Below the pieces are notes generated by a model. The model did no database searches. It was not told where the DNA came from and saw nothing but the letters and a program-made list of their open reading frames with translations. This document shows positions 61,501 to 64,000 of a DNA stretch of 64,000 nucleotides, piece after piece. Within the stretch, counting starts at the first letter, position 1, and each line of letters starts with the position of its first letter. A program made the position numbers and the translations under genes. Location of the stretch: contig OZ076409.1 in NCBI GenBank assembly GCA_964187785.1, forward strand, positions 15,564,001-15,628,000. Reading direction: 5' to 3'. The stretch comes from Amphiscolops sp. MND2022 (Eukaryota).

Positions 61501-63843
61501 TAGCAGAGAAAAACTTACAGAGGAAACAGAAATCACTTCAAATGGTATGTTGAAACTTCATTAACTAACATTTCATATAAGATTTTTAGCTGGAGTAATA
61601 AAACTCTGACAAAAGTTTTCCAAATTTATTGAGATATATTTCATCACGCGCTTATCTGAGCAATTGTCGATTAGCACGGGTTTCAAACGCCGAACTAAAA
61701 TGATGCCTAATTCATACTAGACCTCGTATAGAATTTATTGGCATTCTAAAAGTTCTATATACGGACTATGTTTTCAAAACCCTATTGACGTGTGCTAACT
61801 AAGCCTGCGCGATGCATCGAATTTCGATTCGATTATCGATTCAGTTGTAATAATCGGAATCGAATCGAAAATAAATTGAAAACCGATTCGATTCGATTAA
61901 TGTGCAGTAATCCCTTGTTAATGAGTAATGACAAACAATATAACAAACCGTGCATGATTCAAATTGTATGCTTTGTTCCTATTGGTTTAAATATAGAATT
62001 ACATATTGTCTGCCATTTTAACATTGCGTGACCACATTTATGCCGTAATTTACGTTACAATAATGGTTTAACAGTCTGTTGCTGTTTCAGATTCAATGAA
62101 ATCTTTGACGTGGGACTATTTTGACAAGGCCGCAGACAATTTAACCTGCAAGTGTAAAGAATGCGGGATTACAATAACATGCGGAGACGGCTCCCCTACC
62201 AATGCAAATCATCATTTACAACGTAAACATCCAAACATCTATGAAGAAATGGAGAAAAAGAAGAACGCAATCAAACCATCTGTGCCGCCAAAAAACAAGG
62301 CCCAAACGAAACTTTCTGCATTTGTTAAACACGACTATTATAACAAGAATAGCGACAGACAGCTACTATTAGAAGAGAAGACAGCCAATATGATTGCTTT
62401 GGATTTACAGCCTTTTAGCGTTGTTAACCAGCCAGGATTTCGTGGACTGGTTTCTGCACTTGACCCAAGATTTAAACTACCGTCACGCGAAGCTTTTTCG
62501 AGGACAATAATTCCTAAACTATATGAAAAAGAGAGGTTAAAATTGAAAGAGCTTTTTGCTGCGGTAAATTACAATGGCTTATCTTTAACAAGTGATATTT
62601 GGACAGCGCGAAATCAAGACGCTTATATTGACGTTACGGCACATTTTATTACCAATTTTAAGATCGAATCGAAGTTACTAGATACAATTGAACAGTGGGA
62701 GGAGATGAAGGAGCTCATAAATATTTTGGAGCCTTTTAAAAAGGCCACGGAAGTACTGTCCGGTGAGTCATATCCTACCTTGTCTAGCGTTATTCCCATA
62801 CTTCATGGAATTATTACATTTCTCGATCGTTTGGATGAGAATTTGCACTCTGCCAGTGGTCATTTGCTTGTAACATTTCTGAAATCCAATTTGGCCATTC
62901 GTTTTCCTGATAACCTGGCTTCAAGTGAACCACATATTCTGTCTATGATCATTGACCCGAGATTCAAAGATGTCTTGTTAGATGAAGAAAAAACGCTACT
63001 CGCAAAAACTAAACTGCTTTCATTTTGGAAATCGTTGAACAAAAATGCAGGAGAAGTTTTTGTAGTTGATCGGGGAGCACCTGAAACATCGCAAAATGAA
63101 GATGCCTTGTGGGGCGCCTTTGAAAACGCTGTTGAGAAAAAGAAAGCAAGAATGGACATGGATAATTCGTCAGCCGAGGATAACTTTTTACGTGAACTGG
63201 AAACCTTTCTTAAGGAGCCGATTATCAATCGACAGGATTGTCCTATCCAATTTTTTGAACAAAATGGCAACAAATTTCCTAGTCTCATACAATGTGCGAA
63301 AATTCTGCTGTCTATTCCGGCCACAGCGGCACCAAGTGAGCGAGTTTGGTCGGATGGAGGAAATACGGTGACATCAGCAAGGGAGTCTCTTTTACCGGAC
63401 ACTTTTAGAATGTTGATGTTTATACGTTCAAACCGAAAATAAATTTTTGGTTCATGTTTTATTTTTTTTTGGAAAAAATCGAATCGATAATCGAATCGCG
63501 ATTCATAGCCTACTAATCGAATCGAAATCGAATCGAAATCAAAATAACTGAATCGCGCAGGCTTAGTGCTAACTATTGAATGTATGATAAGCAAAACGTA
63601 TTCTTAAATTACACGGTTAGTTTGGTCTGAAATATGGCTTCTTTTTTGAAAGACAGTCATTATACTTTTGGTTTTTGCTATGAGTCCTTTTGTGTTATTT
63701 AGATCCAGAAACATATGAGTCTGTTGCAAGAAGCTTACCAAGGCATGGTGCAGAAAGTGGAAAATCTGAAACATGAAAAGATTCTCTCCCAAGATCGAAT
63801 TTCGAGAGCGTCGCTTCTGACTGATGCCCTAGCTGGGGAAAAG
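43579..63843 (+). CDS. DNAH14: Axonemal dynein heavy chain, DNAH14-like; internal exons covering the end of AAA4 and the stalk/MTBD (gene extends beyond the exons seen on both sides)
   Basis: Exons 43579-43768, 44825-45083, 46337-46475, 47054-47149, 60289-60417, 60492-60749, 61449-61544 and 63703-63843 join in frame. [97 protein letters not shown]. The paralogue assignment is from recalled similarity only. Confidence 0.85.
43961..44455 (+). mobile_element. Helentron-like family A copy (dynein intron)
   Basis: Starts tttttagtcggcgc...cccgactat, ends gcaccgactttagacgttctcatcttgtt; internal similarity to 41328-41840. Confidence 0.75.
45118..45505 (-). mobile_element. Helentron-like family B copy with internal agatcttattccc repeats
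   Basis: aacaagacgaccgctaagc...tattttccgcc at one end and ...gattttcctcccccattt...ggaaaataaca at the other. Confidence 0.65.
45506..45884 (-). mobile_element. Helentron-like family A copy
   Basis: caagccgggaaaggcccaagtcggcgcc ... agtcgagc...aaggcgccgactaaaaa, the reverse complement of the family A ends. Confidence 0.75.
47328..48873 (-). mobile_element. Degraded pogo/Tigger (Tc1/mariner superfamily) DNA transposon
   Basis: TIR cagtggaagcc(g/a)ctt at both ends with TA TSD; fragments [20 protein letters not shown]...[22 protein letters not shown] and [17 protein letters not shown]. Confidence 0.9.
47680..47901 (+). mobile_element. Helentron-like family B copy with a tRNA-like segment, inserted in the pogo element
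   Basis: tgttattttccgcccac...tgggcgaggaaaa; ggcgcagttagtagtgcg...ggggtcgaaccc; gcggaaaatatcccgttgcttagcgggcgtct. Confidence 0.75.
49286..49515 (-). mobile_element. Helentron-like family B copy with a tRNA-like segment
   Basis: Reverse complement of the 47680 and 55871 copies, including gggttcgaaccc. Confidence 0.75.
50263..56354 (-). CDS. ABCG (White-type) half-transporter nested antisense in dynein intron 47150-60288
   Basis: Exons ~56354-56210 (MEWSNVTY...[15 protein letters not shown], Walker A), 54280-54066, 53751-53497 ([23 protein letters not shown]), 53194-~52950, ~52477-52217, ~51900-51580 ([14 protein letters not shown]), ~51311-51110 and 50467-50263 (YLALRY...stop). NBD-then-TMD order. 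The start codon and some exon boundaries are approximate. Confidence 0.9.
54415..55605. mobile_element. hAT-type MITE with gtacc-rich subterminal repeats, interrupted by a mini-hAT
   Basis: TIR taggttggcaagg...ccttgacaacccta; flanks tttggtat / tttgggat (8-bp TSD, one mismatch). Confidence 0.75.
54833..55582 (+). mobile_element. 750-bp internally deleted hAT element encoding a BED finger fused in frame to the hAT dimerization tail (ORF 55043-55396)
   Basis: TIR cagggctgttca...tgaacagccctg; TSD gtaccgat; YYF...[23 protein letters not shown] joined to [26 protein letters not shown]. Confidence 0.9.
55871..56172 (+). mobile_element. Helentron-like family B copy with a duplicated 5' end and a tRNA-like segment
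   Basis: gggacagttggtagtgcgtctgcc...gtgggttcgaacccggg; ends gcggaaaatatcccgatgcttagcgggcgtcttgtt. Confidence 0.8.
57861..60177 (+). mobile_element. Long Helentron-like family B element enclosing a satellite array
   Basis: 5' end tgttattttccgcccata...tatgggaaaggaaaa at 57861; 3' end ggcggaaaatatctcgctgctcagcgggcgtcttgtt at 60141-60177. Confidence 0.55.
58130..59260 (+). repeat. ~180-bp satellite with trimeric higher-order structure (period ~546 bp)
   Basis: Monomers start (a/g)attagaatgttg at ~58206, 58381, 58567, 58752, 58928 and 59115; pairs 1~4, 2~5 and 3~6 are most alike. Preceded by aaatgaccccttaatgac x3-4 at 58040-58120. Confidence 0.85.
61800..63565 (+). mobile_element. hAT (Ac/ZBED-like) DNA transposon, internally deleted, in a dynein intron
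   Basis: TIR taagcctgcgcgat...atcgcgcaggctta; 8-bp TSD gtgctaac; subterminal gaatc/gattc repeats. Confidence 0.95.
62096..63442 (+). CDS. hAT transposase derivative (448 aa) with an in-frame central deletion
   Basis: BED finger [20 protein letters not shown]; first catalytic D (LTSDIWT); catalytic E (PSERVWS). The segment normally carrying the second D, CxxH and TRWNS is missing at ...[15 protein letters not shown]. Confidence 0.9.
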   Translation: MKSLTWDYFDKAADNLTCKCKECGITITCGDGSPTNANHHLQRKHPNIYEEMEKKKNAIKPSVPPKNKAQTKLSAFVKHDYYNKNSDRQLLLEEKTANMIALDLQPFSVVNQPGFRGLVSALDPRFKLPSREAFSRTIIPKLYEKERLKLKELFAAVNYNGLSLTSDIWTARNQDAYIDVTAHFITNFKIESKLLDTIEQWEEMKELINILEPFKKATEVLSGESYPTLSSVIPILHGIITFLDRLDENLHSASGHLLVTFLKSNLAIRFPDNLASSEPHILSMIIDPRFKDVLLDEEKTLLAKTKLLSFWKSLNKNAGEVFVVDRGAPETSQNEDALWGAFENAVEKKKARMDMDNSSAEDNFLRELETFLKEPIINRQDCPIQFFEQNGNKFPSLIQCAKILLSIPATAAPSERVWSDGGNTVTSARESLLPDTFRMLMFIRSNRK

Positions 63844-64000
63844 GTATACTGCTTCCAATAATATATAAACTTCTAATTTCGTTGTCATTTTGACAAGTCG
63901 TGGATCTGCGAAAATCTGGTCATTTCCAAGAAGTACTTCTCTGGCTGATATCAAAAGAGAAAATGAATCTCTCTCAGTCAATTGGGAGTCATTTTTTAAA

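Noticed and set aside
62860..63594. 244-aa minus-strand ORF
   Set aside because: Antisense shadow of the hAT transposase ORF with no recognisable domain.

Overview
AT-rich eukaryotic genomic DNA, very probably an invertebrate animal, with GT-AG introns. It is not prokaryotic, so no CRISPR or operon calls are made. The window has three parts. (1) About 1-26.5 kb is a repeat-laced block. It holds a spliced tyrosine-recombinase-like/SET fusion gene, a Tudor/chromo-barrel-like gene and an apparently intact 7-exon zinc-finger-JmjC demethylase gene. A ~199-bp repeat family and 22-bp-arm palindromes, confined to this block, sit in the introns and spacers, along with Gypsy integrase fragments, hAT MITEs and local duplications. 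(2) 26650-42900 is a 16.3-kb Ty3/Gypsy LTR retrotransposon with 1.48-kb LTRs, an AACAG TSD and a -1 gag-pol frameshift. Its gag starts inside the LTR. It also carries a 6-exon antisense gene resembling a catalytically dead hAT transposase, an extra sense ORF and three arrays of a CpG-rich ~32-bp motif. (3) 43.5-64 kb has eight exons of an axonemal dynein heavy chain (DNAH14-like, + strand). Its 13-kb intron hosts an ABCG half-transporter gene on the - strand, plus pogo, hAT and Helentron-like elements and a higher-order ~180-bp satellite. All domain calls are motif recognition by eye and exon models were assembled by hand; no database searches were run.
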